Source: an uncultured Planctomycetota bacterium (GTDB lineage: Bacteria; Planctomycetota; Planctomycetia; Gemmatales; Gemmataceae). From it: a stretch of DNA of 64,000 nucleotides. Below, one piece after another: positions 29,804-40,177 of this stretch. The stretch covers positions 9,920-73,919 of the forward strand of contig CAWAMR010000018.1 of NCBI GenBank assembly GCA_963783095.1. Direction: 5' to 3'. The translations under genes were made by a program, and so were the position numbers. Position 1 is the stretch's first letter; every line of letters begins with the position of its first letter. A model generated the notes under the pieces. It was given only the letters and a program-made list of their open reading frames with translations, did no database searches and was not told the origin of the DNA.

Positions 29804-31888
29804 ATGCACCGTGAAATCTCACACACCGATGAAGTCTTCGGCGAATCGAGCAATGCCGGGCTGTACTTGCTCACCGCCCTCCTGGCGATTTTGCTTGCTC
29901 TGGATTTGTGGACGCCTCTCGCAAGCTGGCTCACGTCGCTGAATCTCGGCATCGAATGGCCCATCTGGCAGCGTGAGTTCTCGGGTTATCGCTATGCTCT
30001 CATCGCGGCAGTTCTCGGCGGTGCCCGCGTATTGTTCAATTCATTGGAAGCCCTCTTTGACGGCAAGCTTGGTGCCGACCTCGCCATTGCCGTTGCCTGT
30101 ATCGCAGCCATCCTGATCGGTGAGCCTTTGGTCGCTGCGGAGGTGGTCTTCATTGGCTTGATCGGAGAATGTCTCGAAGCGTTCACGTTCGCTCGTTCCC
30201 AGCGCGGCATTCGCAAACTCGTCGAAGTGTTTCCGCGCAAGTGCTGGTTATTGCGCAACGGGCAGGAAATCGCGGTCAACACCGATGAGGTTCGGGTCGG
30301 CGATCGAGTTGTGGTCAAACCGGGCAAGAAAGTCCCCGTCGATGGCGTTGTCGTCGAGGGCCGATCTGCCGTTGACGCTTCACCGCTCACCGGTGAGAGC
30401 TTGCCCATCGATAAGGAGCCGGGTAATGATGTGCTTGCCGGCAGCATCAACCAGTTCGGCTTGATGATCGTTGAGGCGAAGAAGGTTGCGGAGCAAACCG
30501 TCGCGGGCCGGGTGATCGAACTAACCTCGAAGGCGCTCAAGGACAAGGCCCCCATCCAGCGCGGAGGTCGATCGGCTCGCAAGATACTTTCTCCCGGCAG
30601 TGTTGGGGCTGGCATTTCTCAGTTTCTTGATCAATGCGATCTATCTGGCAGGGCCATTTCGACCAGAATCGAGCCGGCTCAACTGGTCCGCTGCCGCCCG
30701 GCTCAGCATGTATCCTACCCTGGGCGTACTCGTCGTTGCCTGCCCATGCGCTCTGGTGCTGGCAACGCCGGCAGCGGTCATTGCTGCGCTCGGCAGGCTT
30801 GCGGGAACCGGTGTGCTCATCAAAGGAGGCAGCGTCCTCGAACGGCTCGCGACGGTGAAGACTTTTGCTTTCGACAAAACCGGAACTTTAACCGAGGGTC
30901 GGCTCGAGCTTGGCGACATCATTCCCGCAGATGGGATTGAAGCGAATGAGGTATTGCGAACCGCTGCACTTGCAGAACAAGGAAGCGAACACCCCATTGG
31001 GCAGTTGCTGATCCACACTGCGCGGGATCGGTCAATCTCCCTGGAGCCCTTGACGGAATTTCAGGCCCATCCGGCGCAGGAATCTCAGCGCTTGTTTCCG
31101 GTCATCATCTTCTCGTCGGTACGCATCAGCTGTTGGAATCCGAAGGTGTCGCGATCCCTGCCGCGATCAGGGACGCCTTGACTCACCTGGATGAATCCGG
31201 GCAAACTTCCCTCGTCGTTGTTCGCGATGGTGTGGTTCTGGGAACGATCGGGATGCGCGACAAGATTCGCCTGGACGCAGCAGACATCGTTGCGGAATTG
31301 CGCAGCGCCGGTGTCACTCGAATGATGTTGTTGACCGGCGATCGCGCTTCGGTTGCCCGCACGGTTGGTGAGCAATTACGGATCGAAGAAGTCCACGGCG
31401 AATTGCTGCCGGCCGACAAGGCAAACTTGATTTCCCAGGGGCAAGCCGCAACCGGCCCCAGCACCGCTTTTGTCGGGGACGGCATCAACGATGCTCCCGC
31501 ACTGGCCGTTGCAACGGTCGGGATCGCCGTGAGCGGTTCGGATATCGCTGCCGAGGCGGGCGATGTGGTCTTGATGGGCGAGCCGCTACGACACCTCCCT
31601 CTATTGCTCCGGCTCTCGCGCGAAACAATGCGCATCATCCGCCAAAACATTGTCTGGTTTGCTTTTGGTGTAAATCTGGTCGGTGTGTTGATCACCGGCA
31701 TTCTCTGGCCGCTGTTCGCCACGTCGCCCGACTGGTACGACAAGTCTCCGCTGTTCGGTGTCATCTATCATCAGGCCGGCTCGTTGCTGGTTTTACTCAA
31801 CTCCATCCGACTACTGGCCTTTGAGCGCCGATCGACGCATGCAGGCTGGCGGCGCTGGACGGACCGATTCGCCGCAATTGACCTGTGG
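29804..31888 (+). CDS. P1B-type heavy-metal-translocating ATPase with no N-terminal metal-binding domain; two apparent frameshifts (~30590, ~31090)
   Basis: TM-first N-terminus; TGESLPIDKEPGN actuator region, CPC in VVACPCALVLATP, DKTGTLT phosphorylation site, GDGINDAPAL. Spread across ORFs 29804..30940, 30600..31181 and 31133... Confidence 0.8.
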
Positions 31889-33119
31889 ATGCAACGAAAC
31901 CTGACGGTCGATAGCGCCTTGCACGAATTGACTCACCGCTGGCGTTGGGCGCTGGGCGGACTGGGAACGCTGGCCCTGATTGCCTGGCTGTCGACGAGCC
32001 TGGTGCAGGTTTCACCCGATCAGGTAGGAGTGTTAAAGCGATTTGGACGAATCGAGGAAATCTTACGGCCGGGGCTTCACATTCGCTGGCCCTGGCCGGT
32101 CGAGATTGTGATGAAACTGGCTCCCGATGAAGTGAAAACAGTAGGGCTTGGGTATCGCTCACCCGAAGAAGAAGAAACGGATGAGGATTTGCCGCGCAAG
32201 CGAGTTATGAAACCGAAAGCAGGTCAGGCACCGCAAGGGGCAACCTGGACCAGCCTGCATGGTGGAACCGAGAGCTTTGCCGAAGAAGCAGTGATGATAA
32301 CCGGCGATGGCAACCTCGTCGAGATTCTTGCGACCGTCGAATACCGAATCGACGACCCGAAACAGTATCTTCTCGCCGCACGGCAACGAAAACCGATACT
32401 GCGTTCGGCAATGGAATCGGTGCTGCGGGAGATGGTCGCGGGCCGGACTTTCGCCGATTTGTTGACGGTCTATCGAGCCGAATTCGAAGCCTCAGCACAG
32501 GCTCATCTCAAGCAACGAATTCGAGAACTGGCACCCGAAGGCTTAGGCATCCATCTCAATGGCTTCATCGTTCACGATCTCCATCCGCCCAGAGCTGTGG
32601 TGGCCGACTATTACGAAGTGGCCCGCGCCATTCAGGCCCGCGATCGGATGATTAACGAGGCGCAAGCCGAGGCGATCCGCAAACGTCGCCGAGCTGAGGA
32701 GGATGCCATTCGACTGGTGAATTCGGCCGGCACCGCGGCGAATGAGCACGTTGGCAGACAGGCGCTGAAACGGCGAAATTCTCGCGCTGCAACAGGCCCG
32801 TCAACAACTCGAACTGGTCGATGAGGCCAACCTGGCAGCGGAATTAAACCTTGCGCTGATAATGGGACAAGACCAAGCCACTGCGGTGAGCGACTATCTG
32901 CTTCGGCGTAAGAGATTGTTGTTGCTCAGGCGATCGATGATCGATTCGCGTCTCGCCTGGGAAGCATTGACGGAAGTTCTCCGCAAGAGAGACAAGATCA
33001 TTCTCGACATCGAAAAGCTACCGGGCCGGCGGCACTTATTTCTGGTCGATCCCGAATGGTTAAAGCCAACGATGCTGGTTCCCCCCGGCCCGCTGCTTCC
33101 CAATAGGGAAAGTAATTAG
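31889..33119 (+). CDS. SPFH/band-7 HflK-like protein, in frame with (no stop after) the ATPase; apparent frameshift near 32765
   Basis: TM helix ALGGLGTLALIAWLSTSLV followed by VSPDQVGVLKRFGRIEEILRPGLHIRWPWPVE...NGFIVHDLHPP...EAQAEAIRKRRRAEEDAI. The C-terminus RLAWEALTEVLRKRDKIILD continues in ORF 32862..33119. ATG at 31889 is a possible independent start. Confidence 0.6.
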
Positions 33120-33344
33120 AGCGATCGAGAGAAACTGCTCTCGTAACTTGACGGCGCAGAGCATCGGCAGCGCGTTCCCGACTACGATACATCTCGGCAT
33201 CGAGACCAGCGATCCAATCGCTCACTTTCGCTGCCGACAACGGTTGGCTTGGAGGCAATTTATCTTTGATGAACCGCACCGCGTTGGGTGAGCTTTGCGA
33301 GCCGAGAGTTGAGCATGGGATTCTCCTCGTCGTTCCAAAAGGAT

Positions 33345-33410
33345 GGATTGTCGTAGCACAAGCGTCTCGCTTGTGTGTGCCTAAATGCACAAGCGAGACG
33401 CTTGTACTAC
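33345..33410. terminator. Nested palindrome (23 bp arms, each internally palindromic) downstream of the aminotransferase gene
   Basis: gtagcacaagcgtctcgcttgtg tgtgcctaaatg cacaagcgagacgcttgtactac. Confidence 0.5.
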
Positions 33411-33436
33411 GGCTTTCCGGATATGCTGTCAGCGCT

Positions 33437-34810
33437 CTAAATCATACCCTCCGCCTTCAATATCTCCAGTGTCGCCCCGACCGCCTCGACCGTTTGATCC
33501 AGGTCGGTCTCGCTGTGTGCTGCGGTCAACCAGCCCCCCAAGCCCGGCAAGTCCACGCCGTTTAGTAACATTCCTTGACGGAATGCACTCACCAACTTGG
33601 CATCGCGTGGGCCATCGAGTTTGTTCATATCGCCGCCGTAGGGAATGATGCCATCGTTATCGCACTTCGCTTCGTGGGCCGGTGTGCCGTTGTAGTTCGG
33701 CAAGAGCCGAAACATCGAAAAATCAACATAAGCGACCCAGTTCCAACCTTGCTCCGCAAACATGGCGTTGAGTCGATTCTTCAATAACCTGCCCATTTCA
33801 TTGGCTTTTTGCGTCGGTTCGCCCGTTGCGATCCGCTTCAGTGTGGCAATACCCGCTGCTGCGGAAAGGGGGTTCGCATTGTAGGTGCCCGGATGTTGCA
33901 TCTTCGGTTTGCCGGGCCGGCTCGCGATCTGGTCCAGGATGTCGGCCCGGCCGACCAGACAGCCTCCGGGCAATCCTCCGGCGAGAATCTTGGCCAAAGT
34001 CGTCAGATCCGGTACGACGCCATAAAACTGCTGCGCTCCGCCGGGTGCAACGCGGAACCCCGTTATCACCTCGTCAAATATCAGCAGTTGACCATAGTTG
34101 CTGGTCAACTCGCGCAGCACCATGAGAAAGTCGCCGCGAATCGGCACCGCTCCCCAGTGGCCGCCGGTCGGTTCGAGAATAACGCCACCAATTTCGGGAT
34201 CGGTTGCCAGCGTCTTTTCGAGCAAGGCCAGATCGTTCGGCGGTATGACAACCGTGTTTGCCAGTACCTCGGCAGGGACGCCCGGAACCGAAACCGTATC
34301 GTAAGGCGGGGCTGCGCCCGGCAGGACGGCATCGTGCCAGCCGTGAAAGTGACCGAAGAATTTTAGGATCTTTCGACGCCCCGTGTACATTCGGACCAGC
34401 CGAACGGCCATGAGAGTTGCTTCGGTGCCCGACCCGGTGAAGCGCATCTTTTCCGCACAAGGAATGAGCCGTTGCACCCAGTGCGCCCATTCGATTTCCC
34501 CTTCGTGGCAGCCGCCGGCGTGGGTCGATCGCGCAGCCTGTCCCTGCACTGCCCCTGCCACTTCCGGATGCGAATGACCCAAAAGCATCGATCCGTGACC
34601 CGACCAGTAATCGACGAATTCATGGCCGTCGATGTCCCACTTCCGGCTCCCCAGTTGCCGGTCCACATAAATCGGGAAGGGGTCGAGATAGCGTAAGTCG
34701 TGCGTCACGCCGTTCGGAAAGAGTTTCTTCGCTTCCTCGAATCGGCGCTGTGAATTTGCGAAGGTTTCGTGAAATTGATCGCGCAAGAGCATCGTTGCAT
34801 CGGAAATCAT
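33437..34810 (-). CDS. Class III (PLP-dependent) aminotransferase, glutamate-1-semialdehyde-aminomutase-like family
   Basis: MISDATMLLRDQ...; GSGTEATLMAVRLVR, LIFDEVITGFR, and a lysine-region AKILAGGLPGG typical of the family. Confidence 0.75.
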   Translation of the reverse strand: MISDATMLLRDQFHETFANSQRRFEEAKKLFPNGVTHDLRYLDPFPIYVDRQLGSRKWDIDGHEFVDYWSGHGSMLLGHSHPEVAGAVQGQAARSTHAGGCHEGEIEWAHWVQRLIPCAEKMRFTGSGTEATLMAVRLVRMYTGRRKILKFFGHFHGWHDAVLPGAAPPYDTVSVPGVPAEVLANTVVIPPNDLALLEKTLATDPEIGGVILEPTGGHWGAVPIRGDFLMVLRELTSNYGQLLIFDEVITGFRVAPGGAQQFYGVVPDLTTLAKILAGGLPGGCLVGRADILDQIASRPGKPKMQHPGTYNANPLSAAAGIATLKRIATGEPTQKANEMGRLLKNRLNAMFAEQGWNWVAYVDFSMFRLLPNYNGTPAHEAKCDNDGIIPYGGDMNKLDGPRDAKLVSAFRQGMLLNGVDLPGLGGWLTAAHSETDLDQTVEAVGATLEILKAEGMI

Positions 34811-34888
34811 CTTGTCCTCCTTTCCCCGCGATTGTAGGCAATCTTGGGACGGTGTGAACCGATCCGAGGAAAATTGCGGAGATCGAGC

Positions 34889-35803
34889 ATGGGATTGATG
34901 GAACGATTCATGGGCGAGGCGGACCCGGATCGTCCCTTTGCGGACCTCGTTGCCAACCCCGCCATCGAGCGCCCTCTGAGCTATCAAGTGCTCTTCATGA
35001 CGCCTCTGGATCTCGATGCCGACGCCATTGAACTGGCTCTGCGCAATTATCATCCCGATTTGGCACAGGCCCGATCGGAGTTGATGGAACTGCCTCCGGA
35101 AGAAGAAAATCCAAACGAAGCACATTCGCTCATCGGTTTGGTGGGCTGGAAGAATCACGTCATCAAGCTCATCGGGTTCAATGCACTTCTTCCGGAATCA
35201 GTCTATGAAGCCTGTGTTCGTCCCGCCCATTTCAGCCAACAGCTCAAGGCCGATGCCCGGGAACATCGTTCCCATGTTTTGCTCTTCTACGCCGGTCATG
35301 AAACCGATCCGCTGGAGCAGTATGTCGCTCTGACCGTCCTGGCCGCTGCCCTGGCTCGATTCGATGCCATTCTGGTTCTGAATGAAGCTGCACGGTCGGC
35401 ATTCCCGGCCGAGGCGCTTCTGGCCGATGAACCCGACCAGGATCGACTCGAGCAGTTACGCGGCTTACCGATACCGCTTCTTTATGGCGGGTTTATCAAG
35501 ATTGAAGTGGAAGGAACGGAAGGCGTCTGGATGCGAACCTTCGGCAACACCTTGCTTGGACTGCCCGATCTGGCAATGTTGCGCATGGGGCACGATCAGG
35601 GAGTTGAGACCTTTGAAGTGTTCTCCAACATGCTCGCCTACCTGCGTGCATCGGGATCGGAATTTGCGCCGGGCCACACCATGCAAATCGGTCAGCACGA
35701 TTATTTACGTCTGCGTGAGCCGGCAACTCAGGAATGGTGGCTCAACAGCGAAGGACAACTTCTCGTCGTGGAGCAGATCGAACCGGATCAAATCAACCGC
35801 TGA
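34889..35803 (+). CDS. Hypothetical protein (~300 aa)
   Basis: Protein-like composition from MGLMERFMGEADPDRP; no recognised motifs. Confidence 0.5.
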   Translation: MGLMERFMGEADPDRPFADLVANPAIERPLSYQVLFMTPLDLDADAIELALRNYHPDLAQARSELMELPPEEENPNEAHSLIGLVGWKNHVIKLIGFNALLPESVYEACVRPAHFSQQLKADAREHRSHVLLFYAGHETDPLEQYVALTVLAAALARFDAILVLNEAARSAFPAEALLADEPDQDRLEQLRGLPIPLLYGGFIKIEVEGTEGVWMRTFGNTLLGLPDLAMLRMGHDQGVETFEVFSNMLAYLRASGSEFAPGHTMQIGQHDYLRLREPATQEWWLNSEGQLLVVEQIEPDQINR

Positions 35804-35922
35804 TCGGTGCCGGTCACCAGCACTTATATGTACCCACAAGTTGGAGGAATTTCTTTTATGTTGGGGTTGTCAACTTCTTTCTCCGGTTTTGTTAGAATAA
35901 CATCAATCTTGTGGAGAATGCC

Positions 35923-36225
35923 ATGCCGATTCCGATTTTCGACACCCTGAAATACGCAAACGCGCTGAAGGCGGCCGACGTCCCGGAGAAGCAGGCCGAA
36001 GCCCAAGCGATGCTGATGGGAGAGGCGCTGTCGGTGAACTTGAAGGAGCTTGTTACCAAAGATGACTTGCTCCAGGTGGAACAACGGCTCAACGCCAAGA
36101 TCGACGTCCAGTCAGCCAAATTCTCCGGCGACATCAATCAGTTGCGCTGGATGATGGGGATTTCGCTCAGTCTAACACTGGCGGTCCTGGCGCTCCTGAT
36201 TCGACTCCTATTCGTCAAGCTTTAA
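35923..36225 (+). CDS. DUF1640-like small coiled-coil membrane protein
   Basis: MPIPIFDTLKYANALKAADVPEKQAEAQA...LVTKDDLLQVEQRLNAKID...LRWMMGISLSLTLAVLALLIRLL (C-terminal TM). Confidence 0.6.
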   Translation: MPIPIFDTLKYANALKAADVPEKQAEAQAMLMGEALSVNLKELVTKDDLLQVEQRLNAKIDVQSAKFSGDINQLRWMMGISLSLTLAVLALLIRLLFVKL

Positions 36226-36449
36226 GAACACAACTCTTTGGCAACTTCGTCAATCCTGGCATGAGATCCTGATCGGGTTGGGCGTCTTCATGGCCGCCGG
36301 CAGGTTGCGTTTGACGATATCGGGGATCGGTGCCGAATGACCCAGAGTGGCTGGGTATTTCACCCCGGCAATCGCCGTGTTTTGTAAGAATTTCCCTTGT
36401 GCGATCTTCGATTCAAGGTATCGTCTCGCTCCTGGAAAGGACACCCTCA

Positions 36450-36872
36450 ATGAATCGGAGATTACCCATGTTTGCGCATCTGAGGCTAATTGCCGCGGGT
36501 CTTGTCGCCATGCTGTTCACCATCACGCCAACTCATGCGAAACCTCCCGAATTGCCCGGCCAGCCCATCGAGTTCAAGGTTGTACCGGAGCGGACACAGG
36601 AATTCTTCCAGCCGGAACGCACATCGGCTGATCCCGTTGAAGAAGTTTTTCCTGGCGTTCCCGACGAAGCACCCTATTCCGATTCGAAGACTCTTTCGGC
36701 CCGCGCTGCCTTGATGTTCTTTGCCGGCGGCCTTTCGACCGAGATCGAACCGAACCAGATGCGTCCCGAAACTCTGGAAAAATGGTGGTCGATCAAAGCA
36801 TTCTTCGAGATCGTGATACCGCACGACCCGAGAAGAGATTGTCATGAAGCAGGACGTTGCACGCGACCATGA
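36450..36872 (+). CDS. Secreted hypothetical protein (~140 aa)
   Basis: Signal MNRRLPMFAHLRLIAAGLVAMLFTITPTHA. Confidence 0.45.
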   Translation: MNRRLPMFAHLRLIAAGLVAMLFTITPTHAKPPELPGQPIEFKVVPERTQEFFQPERTSADPVEEVFPGVPDEAPYSDSKTLSARAALMFFAGGLSTEIEPNQMRPETLEKWWSIKAFFEIVIPHDPRRDCHEAGRCTRP

Positions 36873-36902
36873 GCGGCCCCCCATAGGGCCCACGTCTTAA
36901 GA

Positions 36903-37001
36903 GGCCGGCTATCCTAATCGTAATCATAATCATAATCGTAATCTTAATCGGATTAGGATTACGATTATGATTATGATTATGATTATGAAAAACCCGCCGG
37001 C
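36903..37001. terminator. Near-perfect ~45 bp-stem hairpin of tandem TAATCG/TAATCA hexamers between convergent genes; putative bidirectional terminator
   Basis: ggccggctatcctaatcgtaatcataatcataatcgtaatcttaatc g gattaggattacgattatgattatgattatgattatgaaaaacccgccggc. Confidence 0.6.
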
Positions 37002-37091
37002 AGGATTGCAACAGTAAATGGCCTCTAACGAGATCAATCGATAGATTTTTGGCGTTGGCCGGATGAACCAGTCGCCCCTCCGATGTACCAA

Positions 37092-38138
37092 TTATCGGTC
37101 ATCGGGGTGGGCGAGCATTTCCAGAAACTCCGGATCGACGTCGCTTCGGAATGTTCTGACACTGCCATCGGCCATACCGAACATCGTGATTCCCTTTCTT
37201 GGACCGCCAAAACCATCCGGCGACCGTTGCAAACCAAGATTCGGATCGCGCACATTCATCGGTTTTCCCCAGGCGGGATAATTTTCAGCAGCATCGCCGA
37301 TCAAGAGAAAATTGGAGGTTCCGCGCCCCTCCATGATTTCGTCAATTTTCGCGTTCCCACTCGGACTGACGGCGTGAATGTTCAATGAGTAGGATGTGAT
37401 TGCATAACCGTCCGCTCCGATGGTGGGGTACACGTATGGTGATTGATAAGTTCTCACATTTTTGGAAAATGCACTTCGATTGGCGGAATGGTTCCAGGGC
37501 TTCGTCAAATCAATCTGTTGAAAAAGTGCATTTTGTTCCAAGTAGGGCAGAAGGTATGTCTCCCATCCGTGCAACTGCCTACCATTTGAGTCAAAAGTGG
37601 CCGGAAGAGGAACTGCACCATGGGCATCGTGATAGTTCCAGAAACCGATGGTAATTTGTTTCAAGTTGTTCGCCGATTTGGCGCGCCCATCTCCACCCCT
37701 TCTATCTCTTAGTCGTGGTTCATCTGATGTCAGCAACCACAAAGTCTGATGGGCCAATCCCACGGCGGAGATGCCTGCCGTGAACACCAGAATGATGATT
37801 CCAACGAGAGAAATCGTCCACCGGAACCGCCAGTTTCGAGCAGTCCCCACTTCGTCAAAATGCCGGGTAAAGAATCGTCGGCACAACAGATGCATCCCGG
37901 CCGTCAGCAGCAACAACGCACCAACCCCTGTGGCGACAGCCTCTGGCGAAACATTTATCGAGGGAATCTTTCGGAAAAGAAAATACGCCCAACCAGTAAG
38001 AAGAACCTTCAAGAGAACACAGAGCACAGACAAGAGACTGGTGAAGAGTGCAACAAGGATAATAACAATGGCACTGATGACCCCAAGGACGATCAGCACA
38101 TCTGCGCCACGATACTTGTAAATTTGTGGTTCTGTCAT
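37092..38138 (-). CDS. DUF1559-domain protein with polytopic N-terminal membrane anchor (paralog C)
   Basis: MTEPQIYKYRGADVLIVLGVISAIVIIL... (3-4 TM), then ANNLKQITIGFWNYHDAHG...WETYLLPYLEQ...SPDGFGGPRKGITMFGMADGSVRTF (DUF1559, H-X9-DG-like C-terminus). ATG overlaps the upstream stop (ATGA). Confidence 0.65.
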   Translation of the reverse strand: MTEPQIYKYRGADVLIVLGVISAIVIILVALFTSLLSVLCVLLKVLLTGWAYFLFRKIPSINVSPEAVATGVGALLLLTAGMHLLCRRFFTRHFDEVGTARNWRFRWTISLVGIIILVFTAGISAVGLAHQTLWLLTSDEPRLRDRRGGDGRAKSANNLKQITIGFWNYHDAHGAVPLPATFDSNGRQLHGWETYLLPYLEQNALFQQIDLTKPWNHSANRSAFSKNVRTYQSPYVYPTIGADGYAITSYSLNIHAVSPSGNAKIDEIMEGRGTSNFLLIGDAAENYPAWGKPMNVRDPNLGLQRSPDGFGGPRKGITMFGMADGSVRTFRSDVDPEFLEMLAHPDDR

Positions 38139-39167
38139 TTTCCACTTCCTCCCGGATCGGTGAGAGCATTCAGAACCTCCGGATCGACATCGTCTGTGAA
38201 TATACGCACGCTGCCGTCGGCCATTCCAAACATTGTGCGCCCTTTTCGTTGGACCTCCGAAACCGTCTGGAGATCTCCCGAGACCCAACTTCGGATCGCG
38301 CACGTTCCAAGCATTTCCCCACGCAGGAAAGTTGCCTGCGGATTCACCAATCAAGAGGAAGTTGGACGAGCCGTGAACTCTTTCAATCTCTTGCATCGTG
38401 AACGGGCGGTCGCCGCGAATCGCCGTTTTGCAGAGCGAATACGTCGTGATTGGATATCCATCGATTCCAGTGGTGGCGGCAACCCTCGGATCTCGGTAAG
38501 CGCTGACTTCAGTCAAAAACGGCGCACGATTGTCGGGGTGCATCCAGGGTTTGCTCAAATCGATTTGCTGATAAAGCTTTTCTTCGCCGATGTAAGGCAG
38601 CAAGCTGGTTTGCCAGCCATGCATCTGTCTGCCAACCGGATCGAATGTTCCCGGAACTGGAATCGACTTCTTTTCCTGGTCAAAATTCAGCACGCCGAGC
38701 GCCATCTGTTTCAAGTTGTTCATTGATCTTGACCCGTTCAAAGGGTTGCTGCGATTAAGTAACGGCTCATCGGATCTGACCAGCGCCGTAGTTTGATGAG
38801 CGAACCCGGAAGCGAAAATGCCGGCCGATATCATGAGGATCACACCGCCGACAATCGCCGCCGTCCAGCGGAACCGCCAGATTCTCACCGTCTTCGATTG
38901 CGTATCTGCTCCGTTGAAAAAATGCCGAAAAACAAGGTGAATTGCAGCAAAGACGAAAACAAGTGTTACAAGCCCAATCGCCAATAACGCAGGCGAATGC
39001 TGAATGTGAGAAAATGTCTGATTACCTGATTCAGCCCAGCCCAGCACGAGCGGCTTCGCGATCTTGCGAAGCTCTTCGGAAGCCAAAAATACAAAGAATC
39101 CGATCGATCCCAGTCCAATCAGCGCCAAGCGGATGGGACCGCCGATGGATTTGTGAAGCAGGCTCAT
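38135..39167 (-). CDS. DUF1559-domain protein with polytopic membrane anchor (paralog B); apparent frameshift near 38245
   Basis: MSLLHKSIGGPIRLALIGLG... with NNLKQMALGVLNF...SPDGFGGPTK; the C-terminus RTMFGMADGSVRIFTDDVDPEVLNALTDPGGSGK is in ORF 38135..38350. Confidence 0.6.
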
Positions 39168-40177
39168 TTTGCTTGTTCTCGGGGATAGGTGAGAGCTTTC
39201 AGAACCTCCGGATCAACATCGTTCGTAATGGTTCGCACACTGCCATCCGCCATCAGGAATTGAGTGCCATTTCTCCAGGGGCCGCCAAATCCATCCGGCG
39301 AGCGATTCAGGCCGAGATTTGGATCGCGGACGTTGAGCGGATAACCCCAGGGCTTGAAGTTGCCTGCTACCTCGCCGACCAAAAGAATGTTGGATGCGCC
39401 ATTCTCAAAATCGGCAAGCTTCGGCGGGTGCGGCCCGCTCCAGGCGTGAACATTGGTGGCATAAGTGGTGATTCCAAAGCCATCAGAGTCTTTAGCATTC
39501 GGCACCGGCACTCCCACATGGAAATAGCACTCAACTCCGTGGCGAAAGTACTCTGCGTTTTCGGAGTGATTCCAGGGTTTTTTCGGATCGATTTGTCTAA
39601 AAAGGGAGTTTTGTTCGATATATGGAAGCAAAAAATAATGCCACCCGTGCAAAGCTCTTCCGTCTTCATTGAAGATGGTCGTTGCCGGCAATGCTCCGAA
39701 GCCTGTCGCGTAGTTTGCTGTTGCATTACCAATTTGTTTCAGATTGCTTGCAGACTTACTTCGAGCGGCATCATGCTTGGGGATATTCTCCTTGGAGCGG
39801 TCGTTCATGGCACGCCAAAGTTGCCCAGACTGCTCTTTCATTCCGACAACCGAAAGTCCGGCACAAAACACCACACCAATCAAGCCCACTGCAACGAGTG
39901 TCGATCGAAATCGCCATCGCGAAATGGAACCATTCTCTGCAAGTGACCGGGAAGTAAGCCAGCGCATGACTCGATGCAGCACCACGATCACCAGCATGAG
40001 CACGATCAGACCGGTTACGATCGCATCGAGTTGAAGATGCATGCGGGGGATGTTCCATTCAAGAAACTCAGTCCATTCCGTTAATAGTTGCCACGCGATC
40101 ATCGGCCAGATACAACCCCAAACGACAACGAGTAGGATTGCGATTCGCACGAACCACCTGCTGATGAAGGATGTCAC
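39164..40177 (-). CDS. DUF1559-domain protein with polytopic membrane anchor (paralog A)
   Basis: MTSFISRWFVRIAILLVVVWGCIW... with SASNLKQIGNATANY...WHYFLLPYIEQ...SPDGFGGPWRNGTQFLMADGSVRTITNDVDPEVL. Confidence 0.65.
   Translation of the reverse strand: MTSFISRWFVRIAILLVVVWGCIWPMIAWQLLTEWTEFLEWNIPRMHLQLDAIVTGLIVLMLVIVVLHRVMRWLTSRSLAENGSISRWRFRSTLVAVGLIGVVFCAGLSVVGMKEQSGQLWRAMNDRSKENIPKHDAARSKSASNLKQIGNATANYATGFGALPATTIFNEDGRALHGWHYFLLPYIEQNSLFRQIDPKKPWNHSENAEYFRHGVECYFHVGVPVPNAKDSDGFGITTYATNVHAWSGPHPPKLADFENGASNILLVGEVAGNFKPWGYPLNVRDPNLGLNRSPDGFGGPWRNGTQFLMADGSVRTITNDVDPEVLKALTYPREQAK

Noticed and set aside
33437-35158. Taking the full 573-aa ORF as the aminotransferase
   Set aside because: The first ~116 residues are non-protein-like and overlap the neighbouring + strand gene's upstream region. 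The conserved aminotransferase begins at MISDATMLL (start 34810).
37749-38726. 325-aa + strand ORF
   Set aside because: Antisense to the well-supported DUF1559 paralogs; the translation is R/H/N-rich low complexity.
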